A stretch of DNA of 64,000 bases from Spirochaetia bacterium (GCA_038204425.1 JBBRCZ010000010.1:46302-110301), one strand, 5' to 3'. Positions 48,773-59,519 are shown, numbered from the stretch's first letter. The notes: generated by a model not told the origin, from the letters alone. A program made the numbers and translations.

Positions 48773-49966
48773 ATGAGTTCTGATCCACGATGCAGCTTTT
48801 TGGTTTGTGCCGATCTCCATATTGGTCGTTCATTGCATGGTCGTTCATTGTATGACGATCAGGCCCACATATTGCACCAGATTGCACAATTGGCGGCCCA
48901 AAAATCAGTGGTCGCTTTGATTATGGCTGGTGACCTCTTTGACAGGTCGGTGCCCTCATCGGAAGCGCTACACTTGGCCGACCAGTTTTTCTCTAGTTTG
49001 ATTGACGAACATGGCTTGAGTGTAATTTTGATTGCCGGCAACCATGATAGTCCCGAGAGACTAGACTTTGCGGCAACGCTTTTGGGCAAACAAGGACTGC
49101 ATATCGTGGCTAAATGGCACGCAGAGCCACAATGCTTTGTTTTTGAAATAGCAGGGCAACGAATTGGCATTGCCGCCGTGCCCTATGTTGAGCCAAGCTT
49201 GGTTAGAAACCTGCTGGAAAATGAACAGATCCGTGACCATCAAGAAGCTTGGCAAGCCTATCTACCCTTGGTTTCATCTCATCTTGACAGACTGCACCTA
49301 GACAAGCGTCTGTTACTTTGCCACGCCTATCTGGCCGGAGGCCAAGATAGCGAATCTGAGCGACCTTTAAGTATAGGTGCCAGTGGCATTGTTGATTCCC
49401 AACTTTTTGCGGGCTTTGATGCTGTCTTGGCCGGCCACTTACATCGACCTCAGCACATACGTCCTAACATCTATTATGCTGGCTCGCCATTAGTTTACAG
49501 CCAGTCCGAGTGTGGTCAAGAAAAAAGTGTCTTGCTCGTAGATCTCAAACCAGACGGTCAATTGCGGTTTGAGAAACTGGCGCTCAGTCCATTGCACCTT
49601 GTAGAAAGCATAAGCGACAGTTTTGAAAATCTGCTAGCCCGCAATTCTTCTAGTCCAGACGATAGTTACTTTTACTTAACGCTTACTGACCGACAGCCAA
49701 TTTTTGAAGCCTTTGCACGCTTGCAGGAAAAGTTTCCTTATCTTCTCCATGTACAAAGGGAAGCTATCATTCAGCAAGAAACAAGTGTTTTGTCCCAGCG
49801 CCGCCAAATGGTAGAATCCGGTGAAGAATCCTTGATCAAGGGATTTTTACGAGAAATGGGTTTGGACAGTGCCGAACAGGGTTGGACAAACCTAATAGAC
49901 CAAATTCTTGCAGAGGCACGTAACGGCTCATTGGAAGCATTCACATTGCAAGAAGGTCAAGCATGA
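48773..49966 (+). CDS. sbcD: Exonuclease SbcCD subunit D
   Basis: ADLHIG, AGDLFD, AGNHDS, AGHLH, YAGSPL.YS.SE. Confidence 0.95.
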   Translation: MSSDPRCSFLVCADLHIGRSLHGRSLYDDQAHILHQIAQLAAQKSVVALIMAGDLFDRSVPSSEALHLADQFFSSLIDEHGLSVILIAGNHDSPERLDFAATLLGKQGLHIVAKWHAEPQCFVFEIAGQRIGIAAVPYVEPSLVRNLLENEQIRDHQEAWQAYLPLVSSHLDRLHLDKRLLLCHAYLAGGQDSESERPLSIGASGIVDSQLFAGFDAVLAGHLHRPQHIRPNIYYAGSPLVYSQSECGQEKSVLLVDLKPDGQLRFEKLALSPLHLVESISDSFENLLARNSSSPDDSYFYLTLTDRQPIFEAFARLQEKFPYLLHVQREAIIQQETSVLSQRRQMVESGEESLIKGFLREMGLDSAEQGWTNLIDQILAEARNGSLEAFTLQEGQA

Positions 49967-52900
49967 AACTGATTTCTTTGCAGGTTGAAGGATTTGGACC
50001 TTACGTAACTAAACAAGACATAGACTTTGAGCCCGCCCACCGAGCAGGACTTTTTTTGGTTCAAGGTGCCACGGGCTCGGGAAAGTCAAGTTTGTTAGAT
50101 GCTTTATGTTTTGCCCTTTATGGTCAAACTACTAGTGATAAACGAGATGCCGCTGACCTGCGAAGCCATCATTTTGATAGCCCCAAAAACTCATCAGTGC
50201 AACTTACCTTTGAGCTTGGTTCCTCTTTCTATCGCATTGAGCGACAGCTAGTCTTGAAGAAGAATGGCAATATTGAACAGACTGTGCTCTTGGAGCGTAA
50301 GGAAACCGACAACTGGAAGGCTCTTGCGTCCAAACTCAGTCATTGTGCCGAACTAGTCATAGAAATTACAGGGCTCAGCGCTGATCAGTTTAAGCAGGTA
50401 ATAGTGCTACCACAAGGAAAATTTAGAGAGTTTTTGGCATCAAAACCAAATGAAAAGGTAGAAATTCTACGCAGTCTTTTTAAAACTTCGGTGATAGAAC
50501 TATTTGTCAAAATTCTTGCCGAACGGCAAAGACTTGGCTATGAGAAACTGCAAACCTCAAGTACACGCTTTAGCACACTGCGAGAAAGAGCGTCAGGAAA
50601 AAGCCATGCCGAACTCGGAAGTGAAATCCAAGAAGAACGGGCCTTGCTCGCAAACTACGAAGCTCAGCTTCCACACACTCAGCTAAAATTGCAAGAAGCC
50701 AACCGGATGCTCGCCAACGCCCAAAGGTTGCTCGAACTTAGCGCTCTAGTTCACCAACTAAGCGAGCGACACAAACTACTTGATTCACAGGAAACAGAAA
50801 TGCAGAGCTTGCAAATCAAACTTGAAAAAGCCCACAAAGTACTTCAAATTGCGTCGCTCGGTACCGAAAGAAAAACATCCGAGACCCTATTAAAAAAACA
50901 AGAAGATCAGCTGAACGCCTACCTTGAGAATGAGAACAGCACACGAGAACACTTTTTGAGTCTGCAGCAAAAACTTGAAAAAATGGAACAAGTCAAAGTT
51001 TCAATGCAAGAGCTTGAGGAGCACCTTAGCTTGATGCGGGCCTTATTGCCCTTATTTGATCATAAAAAAAAGACCGGCCTAGAACTTGAACGCTTAGAAG
51101 ACTTAATCAAACAAAACAAAGTTCAGCTTATATCTCTTGAGAATCAGAACAAATCTAACAGTTTAGTGGACCAAGCAGGCCTAGCTCACGATGCTCAAAA
51201 CATAGAACGAGTTCAACGCATCAAAGAAGCCATGCAAGTGCTGCTCGGTGACTACAGAAATGTTGCCAAGCAAGACGCCCAATTAGAAAATAGCCAACGC
51301 TCGCTTGAGGCCGAACGTTCGCTGTCGGTGCAACACATAGTCCACGAAAGTGACGAACTCTCAGGAAATCTTGCTTTTCGCGATAGCTGTTTGGTGCAGT
51401 TAGAACAACTACAAGCAGCCAATATGGCCTCGCAGCTTCAAAATAGCGAAGCGTGCCCGGTGTGTGGAAGCATCGATCATCCCCAACCAGCTCGCAGTGA
51501 TGCAGACTACCATCAAGTCAAGGAACGTTTTGATAAAGTCCAAGTAAGTATAGACCAGGTAAATGCCAGCCTTGCTCACCATCGCGCGTTGAGCCAAGAA
51601 CTTGGACACCAGCTTCAAGAAAACGGCGACCAAAAAAACACCTGTCAAGTGTCATTAAAGAGCCTGTCCTTACAAGCTCAAACTCTAATTAGCGAAGTTC
51701 CATCGCTCACAGAATCTATCGAGGTGCACGCTATGCCTGACGAGATCTTGGAGCAGCTGCAAGGCTTTCTGGAGCAAAAAAAAAGAGCCTATTTAGCATT
51801 GAGCGAACAAAATGCCAAGCAAACAGAACAGTTGCAGGCCCTTAGGATTGAGACTGCCACTGTTGAAAGCACCGTTAGGCAGGCTCAGATCGATCTAGAC
51901 CGCCATCAAAACAATAAACAAAATTGCCAAGCAGAAATTGACAAAATTTATTCCGCCACATCACGGGAAGTGATTGTCCAGCTATCATTGCCAAATTTTG
52001 ACTTTAATGGGGCTATTATCAAAACTGAGACTGCACTTAAAAGCACTAAGCAGTCTTTGGATCAATGGCAGATTGACCACCAAACTGCCAAGCATGCTTG
52101 GAACATGGCGCAAGAGGCCAGTCTGAGGGAACAAAAGCAAGTTGCCGCAAGTAGAGCTGTGCAACTAGAACTCGATCAACGCTGGAAAGAAGCCTATACA
52201 GCAAAGGGTTTTGCGAGCGAAGAGGAATGCAAAGGTGCCTGGTTGGATGAGATAAAACTGGACACACAGAATCGTAGCTTGCAAGACTGGAAGCGGAGTT
52301 TATTGACTACTCAAACTGATCTAGCAAATGCCAAGCAACAAATGGCCAGCTTAGAAAATATACAACTAGATCAAGCAAAGCTAAATTTGGAACAGGCACA
52401 AGAAGCTAGTGACGGCCTTCTTATGCAGCAAGCGCGCTTAGCTGAACATCTTGGTCACCAAACTTCTCTTTTAAAAGATCTAGAACTCGCCCAAGAAGAG
52501 TTTCAGAACTATGAAAAACAACACCAAAGTGTCAACGCATTACTGCGCGCCCTAAAAGGAAGCGACCACCCTTCCCGAGTGAGTATCGAACGCTATGCTC
52601 TGAGCGTATTTCTTGACGAGGTTCTGGAAGAAGCCAACAGCCACCTAAGTGAAATGAGTCGTGGACGCTACCAGCTCAACCGCCACGATGAAACCGTAGA
52701 TAAACGAAGCGCGGGTGGACTGGAAATCGTCATCTTTGACGCCTATACGGGGCAGCTGCGTTCTTCTGCAAGCCTTTCTGGTGGCGAAGGCTTTATTAGT
52801 TCACTCGCGCTGGCGCTCGGCCTTTCGGCCACCGTACACCGCCAAAGCGGCGGAGTGAGACTTGACACCTTGCTGATCGACGAAGGATTTGGAAGTCTAG

Positions 52901-53061
52901 ACGAGGAATCACTGCAAGACGCTATGAATGTTTTGGCCAGCTTGCACGAAAAAGGTAGAACAGTAGGCATAATTAGTCACGTGAGGGAACTGCAAGAGCG
53001 AATACCTTGCCAACTTTTTGTACACAAAACCCAGCGCGGCAGCACCGTTAGCTGGGCATAA
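49963..53061 (+). CDS. sbcC: Exonuclease SbcCD subunit C
   Basis: GATGSGKSS, LPQGKF, zinc hook CPVCGS..HP, LSGGE, LIDEGFGSLD. Confidence 0.95.
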   Translation: MKLISLQVEGFGPYVTKQDIDFEPAHRAGLFLVQGATGSGKSSLLDALCFALYGQTTSDKRDAADLRSHHFDSPKNSSVQLTFELGSSFYRIERQLVLKKNGNIEQTVLLERKETDNWKALASKLSHCAELVIEITGLSADQFKQVIVLPQGKFREFLASKPNEKVEILRSLFKTSVIELFVKILAERQRLGYEKLQTSSTRFSTLRERASGKSHAELGSEIQEERALLANYEAQLPHTQLKLQEANRMLANAQRLLELSALVHQLSERHKLLDSQETEMQSLQIKLEKAHKVLQIASLGTERKTSETLLKKQEDQLNAYLENENSTREHFLSLQQKLEKMEQVKVSMQELEEHLSLMRALLPLFDHKKKTGLELERLEDLIKQNKVQLISLENQNKSNSLVDQAGLAHDAQNIERVQRIKEAMQVLLGDYRNVAKQDAQLENSQRSLEAERSLSVQHIVHESDELSGNLAFRDSCLVQLEQLQAANMASQLQNSEACPVCGSIDHPQPARSDADYHQVKERFDKVQVSIDQVNASLAHHRALSQELGHQLQENGDQKNTCQVSLKSLSLQAQTLISEVPSLTESIEVHAMPDEILEQLQGFLEQKKRAYLALSEQNAKQTEQLQALRIETATVESTVRQAQIDLDRHQNNKQNCQAEIDKIYSATSREVIVQLSLPNFDFNGAIIKTETALKSTKQSLDQWQIDHQTAKHAWNMAQEASLREQKQVAASRAVQLELDQRWKEAYTAKGFASEEECKGAWLDEIKLDTQNRSLQDWKRSLLTTQTDLANAKQQMASLENIQLDQAKLNLEQAQEASDGLLMQQARLAEHLGHQTSLLKDLELAQEEFQNYEKQHQSVNALLRALKGSDHPSRVSIERYALSVFLDEVLEEANSHLSEMSRGRYQLNRHDETVDKRSAGGLEIVIFDAYTGQLRSSASLSGGEGFISSLALALGLSATVHRQSGGVRLDTLLIDEGFGSLDEESLQDAMNVLASLHEKGRTVGIISHVRELQERIPCQLFVHKTQRGSTVSWA

Positions 53062-54205
53062 GATACTTTGTTGCGGCCAGGATAGCTTCAGCCATACTTG
53101 TCTCACGAGCGAGGTTTTTGCCAGCAATATCATAGGCCGTGCCGTGGTCAACCGAGCAGCGCAAAAAAGGTAGCCCAAGCGTAAACGAGACAGTACGGTC
53201 AAAGTCGAGAGTTTTGGCAGCAATGTGACCTTGGTCGTGGTAAAGGGCCACCACCGCATCAAATTGACCAAGTTTGGCTTGATGAAAAACTGAATCGGCT
53301 CCTATTGGGCCATGTATGTCTACGCCTTCTTCTTTTGCGGCTCTAATTGCAGGAATAATTTCTGCTTCTTCCTCAGAGCCAAACATGCCGTGCTCACCAC
53401 AGTGCGGATTGAGCCCTGCAACAGCGAGCTTGGCGCGATGAAGGCCAAGACCTATCAAGGCACGATGTGCTTTTTTAAAAGTATCAAGCAGGGCTTGTTT
53501 TTTTACTAATGAGCATGCTTCTTTTAGTGAAACATGGCGACTGTGAAAAAAGATACGCAAAGGTCCTGTCTGAAACATGGTCAGAGCTTGGTCAGACTCA
53601 CATAAATCAGCAATCAACTCGGTGTGACCAAACTGACTAACACCAGCCGCCCTGAGGCTTTCTTTGTGCAATGGTGGGGTCACAAGCACCGAAGATTTAA
53701 ATCTTAGACACAGGCTTACGGCTTCGGCAACTGACCAAGCCGCTGCCAAGCCGGCCGCAACCTGGATGCGTCCATAACTTATTGTTTGCGGGTTTTGCCA
53801 AAACTGCCCCTTACTCTGCAAAGGCGTCAAATCAAGTTGAGCGTTGCCACCGCCAAAGCCTTGCTTAGACTCCAAACTCGCCAAGGAATTTGCACCTGGT
53901 ACTTTGAGAAAGACGTCTCGTTGCCCAATTTTGGCGCTGTACCACTCTTCGCTCAGCACTACAATACTTGCTTCAAATTGCTGCTCTAACTCTAGCGACA
54001 GGTTACTAAGTGCATGAGAAACAAAGGCCGGTGAGGTGCACAAAACACAGTCGATTCCCTCAAGAAAGGACGGCTTGTCTTGTGACTGAGAAAAGAACTT
54101 GCACAGTATTTCGGGACCAATACCCGCAGGATCACCCCAAGTGATTACAAGTATTGGTCTAGATCCAAGACTATTGATTACCTGCTTAGTGTCTTTGCTT
54201 GCCAT
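53048..54205 (-). CDS. pdxA: 4-hydroxythreonine-4-phosphate dehydrogenase family (PdxA/PdxA2)
   Basis: GDPAGIGPE, GHTE, GLNPHCGE.G.FG.EE, YHDQGHI..K, SVDHGTAYDIAGK. Confidence 0.93.
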   Translation of the reverse strand: MASKDTKQVINSLGSRPILVITWGDPAGIGPEILCKFFSQSQDKPSFLEGIDCVLCTSPAFVSHALSNLSLELEQQFEASIVVLSEEWYSAKIGQRDVFLKVPGANSLASLESKQGFGGGNAQLDLTPLQSKGQFWQNPQTISYGRIQVAAGLAAAWSVAEAVSLCLRFKSSVLVTPPLHKESLRAAGVSQFGHTELIADLCESDQALTMFQTGPLRIFFHSRHVSLKEACSLVKKQALLDTFKKAHRALIGLGLHRAKLAVAGLNPHCGEHGMFGSEEEAEIIPAIRAAKEEGVDIHGPIGADSVFHQAKLGQFDAVVALYHDQGHIAAKTLDFDRTVSFTLGLPFLRCSVDHGTAYDIAGKNLARETSMAEAILAATKYLMPS

Positions 54206-54284
54206 AAGTGCTCCTCAAGAGTTAGGCTGTCCTCGTTAGTTTCATTACAAACCAATGGCAAAACAGCACCGTAAGAATTTTGGC

Positions 54285-55085
54285 TTATTTTGCGGCAAGA
54301 GAACTTACCCTACCTGAAATGTAATCCTCAGTTTGCCTTTTTTCTGGATTAAAGAACAACTGGCTAGTCGCTGCGTACTCGACTATGTAGCCACTTCGGG
54401 CTTCATCAGGCAAGAAGAATGCAGTCATGTCGGAAACCCTCGCGGCCTGTTGCAAGTTGTGGGTTACGATAACAATCGTAAATCTTACTTTGAGTTGGTT
54501 GAGTAAGTCTTCAATTTTGGCTGCGCTGATTGGATCAAGAGAACTGGCAGGTTCGTCCATCAGAATAAGATCAGGTGAGATGGCTATTGCACGAGCAATA
54601 CAAAGCCTTTGCTGCTGACCGGCAGATAGCCTAAGTGCACTTTGCTTGAGTTTGTCCTTTACTTCATCCCAAAGTGCTGCTGAGCGCAGACTGTTTTCCA
54701 CAAGCTCATCCATATCAGTCGAGACACCATTGATACGAGCTGCCCAAGCAACGTTTTCATATATGCTTTTAGGAAAAGGGTTTGGCTTTTTAAAAACCAT
54801 ACCAACCAGTCGACGAACGGCAACTGGATCTACACTTGGCTCATATATATCCCGTCCCCTAAAAATTAGCTTACCTTCTGTCTTACAGTCTGGAATAAGC
54901 TCATTCATACGGTTGATAGAACAAAGCACGGTTGACTTTCCACTAGCCGAAGGCCCTATAAAAGCAGTTACTTGATTCTTAAAAATCTGCAAGTCTATCT
55001 CATTAATAGCTCTAAAACCGTCATAATATACGCTCAGTTTTTCTAGTTGAATCTCAACAATTTTAGCTTCTAAGATAGCATCCAT
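54285..55085 (-). CDS. pstB: Phosphate ABC transporter ATPase
   Basis: [52 protein letters not shown]. Confidence 0.95.
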   Translation of the reverse strand: MDAILEAKIVEIQLEKLSVYYDGFRAINEIDLQIFKNQVTAFIGPSASGKSTVLCSINRMNELIPDCKTEGKLIFRGRDIYEPSVDPVAVRRLVGMVFKKPNPFPKSIYENVAWAARINGVSTDMDELVENSLRSAALWDEVKDKLKQSALRLSAGQQQRLCIARAIAISPDLILMDEPASSLDPISAAKIEDLLNQLKVRFTIVIVTHNLQQAARVSDMTAFFLPDEARSGYIVEYAATSQLFFNPEKRQTEDYISGRVSSLAAK

Positions 55086-56356
55086 TAGTCGCTCCTAGCT
55101 TTTTTATTGCGTTTTCGCATCAAGATCGCACTTGCATTGAGAACAAAGATCAAAACCAAGAGCACAATTATGGCCGCCGCTGCAGAGTTGCGGTAGCCGG
55201 CCTGTGGACGCGAAATATGCTGGTAGATCTGGATAGGTAGCGCACTAAAACGAGAAAAAACGCTAGCAAGATCATCTTGCAAGAAGCTTGCTGCTCCCAA
55301 AACCAATAGAGGCGCAGTCTCCCCTAGCGCCCTCGATACAGCTATCATGGTTCCTGTCACTATTCTATCCATTGCCATCGGTAAGACATGGTGCCAAACA
55401 GTTTGCCAAACACTTGCCCCAAGTGCAAAACTTGCATCCCTTGTGGACTTTGGCACAGCTCTAAGTGCTTCTTGACTGTTGATAATCAGCATCGGAAGAA
55501 CTAAAAGGGAGAGCGTAAGTGATGCCGAAAGGATGCTTCGACCATGAGTCAATCCATCCATTGAACGCACAAATACAGCCAAGCCTATTAAACCGTAAAT
55601 TATACTTGGAATTCCGGCCAGGTTGTAGATATTTATCTGAACTAAGCGACTGAACCAGTTTCTTGGGTTGGAAAACTCTTCTAGATATACTGCTGCACCA
55701 ATACCCAGCGGAAAGGAAATCAAAAAGGTCAAAAGCACAACCAACAAGCTGCCAAAAATTGAATTTCGTATTCCATTATCATAGAGATTTGGTGATTGCG
55801 AACCAGCCAAAAAATCCAAGTTTAACCAAGACCTAAACTCGATTACGAGACCAAGCTCTTGAGTTGCGAGCCAATCGTCTATTTGTTTTTGGTCAAAAAG
55901 GCTGGTCCAAAGCGTCCAACTCTTTTCGATGGCTGGATTCAGTAATTCAGTTTCCAGCAAGTCAATCAGGTCTTGTTGCGTTCTATCTTGAATGGCAAGA
56001 TCAAATGCTAGGGCGTCAAGTCTTCGTTGAGAGATTCCTGTATTTGGATCCTCAGCAAACGCCTTTGCTTGCAGAAAGAGCAAGTCTATTAAGCCATTTT
56101 TATCAAGGTCTTTGTAATTGACGTGATTGAGAGCGAGACTTTCGGGATTAATCTCATAGCGAAGAGCTACGTAGCCAAAAGCACCATCAATAATACTGGC
56201 AATTACAGCTACAAGACTGAGGATTGCTATCAGCAAAGCTGTATGAAACACGACAAGCCAGAATCCAGCTTTTCGTCTTCTTTTGCCACTCTGCCTAACA
56301 AAGCCTTCTTGATTCTCCTTAGCCAAGCTACGTGGACTAGTAAAAAGGCCGCTCAT
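55085..56356 (-). CDS. pstA: Phosphate ABC transporter permease PstA
   Basis: [35 protein letters not shown]. Confidence 0.95.
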   Translation of the reverse strand: MSGLFTSPRSLAKENQEGFVRQSGKRRRKAGFWLVVFHTALLIAILSLVAVIASIIDGAFGYVALRYEINPESLALNHVNYKDLDKNGLIDLLFLQAKAFAEDPNTGISQRRLDALAFDLAIQDRTQQDLIDLLETELLNPAIEKSWTLWTSLFDQKQIDDWLATQELGLVIEFRSWLNLDFLAGSQSPNLYDNGIRNSIFGSLLVVLLTFLISFPLGIGAAVYLEEFSNPRNWFSRLVQINIYNLAGIPSIIYGLIGLAVFVRSMDGLTHGRSILSASLTLSLLVLPMLIINSQEALRAVPKSTRDASFALGASVWQTVWHHVLPMAMDRIVTGTMIAVSRALGETAPLLVLGAASFLQDDLASVFSRFSALPIQIYQHISRPQAGYRNSAAAAIIVLLVLIFVLNASAILMRKRNKKARSD

Positions 56357-57285
56357 TTATAGACTGCTTTAAATCGTCTCAAGATGGTGCGGCCCAAAAG
56401 ATTAAGTGCGGTGGTAATTACAAACAGAACCAAAGCAATTGCAAAAAGCGAAGAATAGTCCTTTGTACCGTAGCTAATGTCACCACCGGATATACGAATC
56501 ATATACCCAGTCATGGTTTCTGCGCCTTCAAAAGGGTTGAGCGTCAGTTTGGAACCAGCCCCTGCGGCGACTGCAACTATCATGGTCTCACCGATGGCGC
56601 GGGAAAAGCCAAGAGAAACAGCAGCCAAAATTCCTGCCTTAGCTGCAGGAAGCAATATTTGCAGGCTGGTTTCTATACGCGTCGCTCCGAGACTCAATGC
56701 TGTCTGTTTAAGGTCGGCAGGAAGTGAGGACATAGCATCCTCCATTAGCGTTGTTAGCATTGGAATAATCAAGAGTCCTATTACAATGCCAGCGGAGGCA
56801 GTATTGTAAATTTCAACTGTCTCAATGCCAAAAATTGACCGTAGCAATGGTGTAACAAAGCTTAATGCAAAATAAGCAAACACAATGGTTGGGATGCCCG
56901 ATAGAAGATCTAATAGCGGCTTAAGTACGTTTTTGGCACGAGAGCTGGCATACTCGCTTAGATAAATAGCAAGTGCCACCCCTAACGGTACGGCGAGCGC
57001 AAGCGCAATAAAACAAGTCAGCAACGTTGCCAATAGTAAGGGCGCTATACCAAACGAACCAATTTGGGGCTCCCAAGTTGTGCCCGTAAAAAATTCAATC
57101 AGACTTACTTGTTCTGAACCAAAGAAAAGTAGCGACTGATCCACTAGAACCAGCACAATACCAACAGTCACAAAAACGGATACGGCTGCACACAAGAACA
57201 AGAAAAACTTTATGGTTTTTTCGCCCAGATTTAGACGGCGACTTAGCTTATGATGTTCTGTCGGGTCAATGTTAACCGTTCTCAT
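56353..57285 (-). CDS. pstC: Phosphate ABC transporter permease PstC
   Basis: FFTGTTW, AIYLSEYA, LSGIPTIV, SRAIGETM; start 57285 behind GAGGA. Confidence 0.95.
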   Translation of the reverse strand: MRTVNIDPTEHHKLSRRLNLGEKTIKFFLFLCAAVSVFVTVGIVLVLVDQSLLFFGSEQVSLIEFFTGTTWEPQIGSFGIAPLLLATLLTCFIALALAVPLGVALAIYLSEYASSRAKNVLKPLLDLLSGIPTIVFAYFALSFVTPLLRSIFGIETVEIYNTASAGIVIGLLIIPMLTTLMEDAMSSLPADLKQTALSLGATRIETSLQILLPAAKAGILAAVSLGFSRAIGETMIVAVAAGAGSKLTLNPFEGAETMTGYMIRISGGDISYGTKDYSSLFAIALVLFVITTALNLLGRTILRRFKAVYK

Positions 57286-57358
57286 GGACTTCCTCATACT
57301 TCGTCGCAAGTTGACACAAATCTGCTATTTTTAGTCGACCAAGCCGACTTTCTCTTTT

Positions 57359-58345
57359 TTAGTTCACCAAGCCGACTAGAGCGTCAAGCCACTTTTTTTT
57401 GCTGGCCCTGACTTGAAGCGGCGGCAATGGGAAGAAACCAAGTCTCGTAGCGTCTTGATGCACATAGGTCAAAAAATAATTGATAAATGCCGCAATCTGA
57501 GCTTTGGTGCGCAGTGTTTCACGAGCCACATAGAGGTACAATGGACGAGACAAGGGGTAGCTGTTTTGCGTAACGGTACTTTGACTAGGCAATACGTTGT
57601 TGACACTTAAAGTGCTCAGTCGATCCTTGGCCTTAAGATAGTACGAATAACCAAAAAATCCAAGCGCATAGGGGCTGCCTTCAATACCCCTAACCAAGAC
57701 ATTGTCATTCTCCGATTTTTGCGTATTGCTTGCGTTCAATAAAGCTTCTTTCTTTTTGGCTAAAACCGTCTCAACGAAATAGTCAAACGTACCGGAGTCT
57801 GTACCTGGAATAAAACGCAAAATTTTCTTTTTTGGCCAAGCCGGGTTAACGTCACTCCAGTGTTCAACGGTAAATGCCCGTGCAAGTTCAGGCAAACTCA
57901 GGTTTTTCACAAAAGTATTGCTCTTATTGACGCAAATAACCAAAGCGTCAGTTCCTATACGTAGCTCTAAGGTTGTGAGGCGGTTCTTGGAGGCTTGTGT
58001 CAGTTCGGCTTGAGTGATGGCAGAGGACGAAAAAGCAATGTCCACTTCTGCGTGAATATAGCGTGCTCTGCCAGCCACAGATCCTATGCTAGCAATCGAC
58101 AAACTGCCTTTGTACCCTTCTTTTTTAAAGCGAGCTGCAATGCTTTCTGCCAGGGGAAAAATGGTCGACGATCCTGCAAGAACAATGTCCCCCCTTACAG
58201 CCAATGGGTTGACTCCGGGCAATATATTGTCGCTATCGTCGATGCGGTTCTTCTGGAGCCAAGACCAAGCTACCTCATCCGTTTGGGCAAATAGAGTTGC
58301 CGAGCAGAAGACATATAAAACAAGAATCAAAATAGTTGACTTCAT
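57359..58345 (-). CDS. pstS: Phosphate ABC transporter substrate-binding protein
   Basis: Signal peptide; AGSSTIFP, DSGTFDYF, SENDN, YPLSRPLY. Confidence 0.93.
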   Translation of the reverse strand: MKSTILILVLYVFCSATLFAQTDEVAWSWLQKNRIDDSDNILPGVNPLAVRGDIVLAGSSTIFPLAESIAARFKKEGYKGSLSIASIGSVAGRARYIHAEVDIAFSSSAITQAELTQASKNRLTTLELRIGTDALVICVNKSNTFVKNLSLPELARAFTVEHWSDVNPAWPKKKILRFIPGTDSGTFDYFVETVLAKKKEALLNASNTQKSENDNVLVRGIEGSPYALGFFGYSYYLKAKDRLSTLSVNNVLPSQSTVTQNSYPLSRPLYLYVARETLRTKAQIAAFINYFLTYVHQDATRLGFFPLPPLQVRASKKKWLDALVGLVN

Positions 58346-58365
58346 TGATTGCTTTATAGTTGCCT

Positions 58366-58396
58366 TTTGTTAGTTTATGGTTAGTAATTAGTTAAG
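58366..58396 (-). promoter_or_regulatory. Pho-box-like triple direct repeat upstream of pstS
   Basis: Minus strand CTTAACTA-N3-ACTAACCA-N3-ACTAACAA with 11-bp period. Confidence 0.65.
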
Positions 58397-58452
58397 AGCT
58401 GTACATTTTTTGAGTGGCAGAATGAGAACTTCTGCCGTCCAAAGCGAAAAAT

Positions 58453-58526
58453 TGGGCAGTACAGGAATTGAACCTGCGACCTCATGCATGTCATGCACGC
58501 GCTCTAACCAGCTGAGCTAACCGCCC
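58453..58526 (-). tRNA. tRNA-Val(GAC)
   Basis: GGGCGGT..TAGCTCAGCTGGTTAGAGC..CGTGC-AT-GAC-AT-GCATG..GGTTCAATTCC..ACTGCCC-A; CCA not encoded. Confidence 0.96.
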
Positions 58527-58579
58527 TTTAACGTTGGCACCTTAGCATAAGTCGTAAAAAGGTAAAAGCCCTATGTAGG

Positions 58580-59017
58580 CTATTTTTTTAGCGTGCTGAC
58601 GATCCTTTCCAACACTTTTTGACGATCAAGCGGCTTAACAATGTAATTTTTGGCGCCAATCATCAGACTTTGTTTGACCAAATCTTGCTTTCCTAGAGCA
58701 CTAATCATCACCACTCTGGCGTTCTTGTCAAACTCAATTATCTTTTCCAAAGCAGTAACACCGTCCATCTTGGGCATGGTAATGTCCATAGTTACTAAAT
58801 CAATGTTGGGGTGCATCTCTTTATAGGTTTCAAAACCTTCTTCACCATCGCTTGCTGTCGCAACAACATCAAAACCCTCGCTGGTAAGTATTTGGGTAAT
58901 CTGCTTGGTAACGAACAATGAGTCATCAACTACTAAGACTCTAAATTTCTCTCCGGTTTCTTTTACACCTTCTGCTTTTCTTTCATTGATGTTGGGAAAA
59001 TCGCCTTTTGTACGCAT
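58580..59017 (-). CDS. cheY: Chemotaxis response regulator CheY
   Basis: VLVVDD, TMDITMPKMDG, ISA, YIVKP; last gene of the che cluster. Confidence 0.95.
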   Translation of the reverse strand: MRTKGDFPNINERKAEGVKETGEKFRVLVVDDSLFVTKQITQILTSEGFDVVATASDGEEGFETYKEMHPNIDLVTMDITMPKMDGVTALEKIIEFDKNARVVMISALGKQDLVKQSLMIGAKNYIVKPLDRQKVLERIVSTLKK

Positions 59018-59031
59018 AAAAGCGCTCCTTT

Positions 59032-59508
59032 CTAGTTTCGTTCTCTGATTGCTACATTAATCTCGATCTTTCCCAATGACATTTCGATGGGAACTATCAG
59101 CGCTTCTACTTTGTGATCAGAAACCTCCATGTTGTCGCCAGTAAACAAGGCTGGAGGCGTGAGATCAAAGCTGAAGCCAAGATTATGCAGCTTGGTAACA
59201 GCTTGCCCAGTTATCATGTTTGCCAGTTCGGTTATAGTTGCCTTTCCCATCTCCGAAAAAGTTTCTATGGCTTCCATGCCCATTTCTTTGAGCATGTGAT
59301 TTGCAACATTAATAGCAGTTGCTTGCGACATATCAAAAAGCACACGGCCTTCTACATCTCCTGCCAATCCCACTATTGCGGCGACACCGAGAACACTCAT
59401 GGAATTAGATTTGAGGTAAATCTCGCCACGATGCACTTCCATGTTCAAAACCTCAGTCAAAACGCTGTACGCTGATTCGACAAAAGGATTTATGTACTCA
59501 ACTCTCAT
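59032..59508 (-). CDS. cheX: Chemotaxis phosphatase CheX
   Basis: MRVEYINPF, GLAGDVEG, ELANMITG (ExxN), TPP. Confidence 0.96.
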   Translation of the reverse strand: MRVEYINPFVESAYSVLTEVLNMEVHRGEIYLKSNSMSVLGVAAIVGLAGDVEGRVLFDMSQATAINVANHMLKEMGMEAIETFSEMGKATITELANMITGQAVTKLHNLGFSFDLTPPALFTGDNMEVSDHKVEALIVPIEMSLGKIEINVAIRERN

Positions 59509-59519
59509 GAATTTCCCCC

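Noticed and set aside
48823..48850. 13-bp direct repeat TGGTCGTTCATTG with period 15 in sbcD (GRSLH-GRSLY)
   Set aside because: Only two copies, in frame, and the segment length fits the normal SbcD motif I region
48773..53061. SMC-like ATPase plus nuclease as a defence system
   Set aside because: All motifs fit ordinary SbcCD, and there are no accessory defence genes nearby
45062..58526. Possible genomic island bounded by the two tRNAs
   Set aside because: No integrase, no duplicated tRNA 3' end seen, and the contents are housekeeping genes
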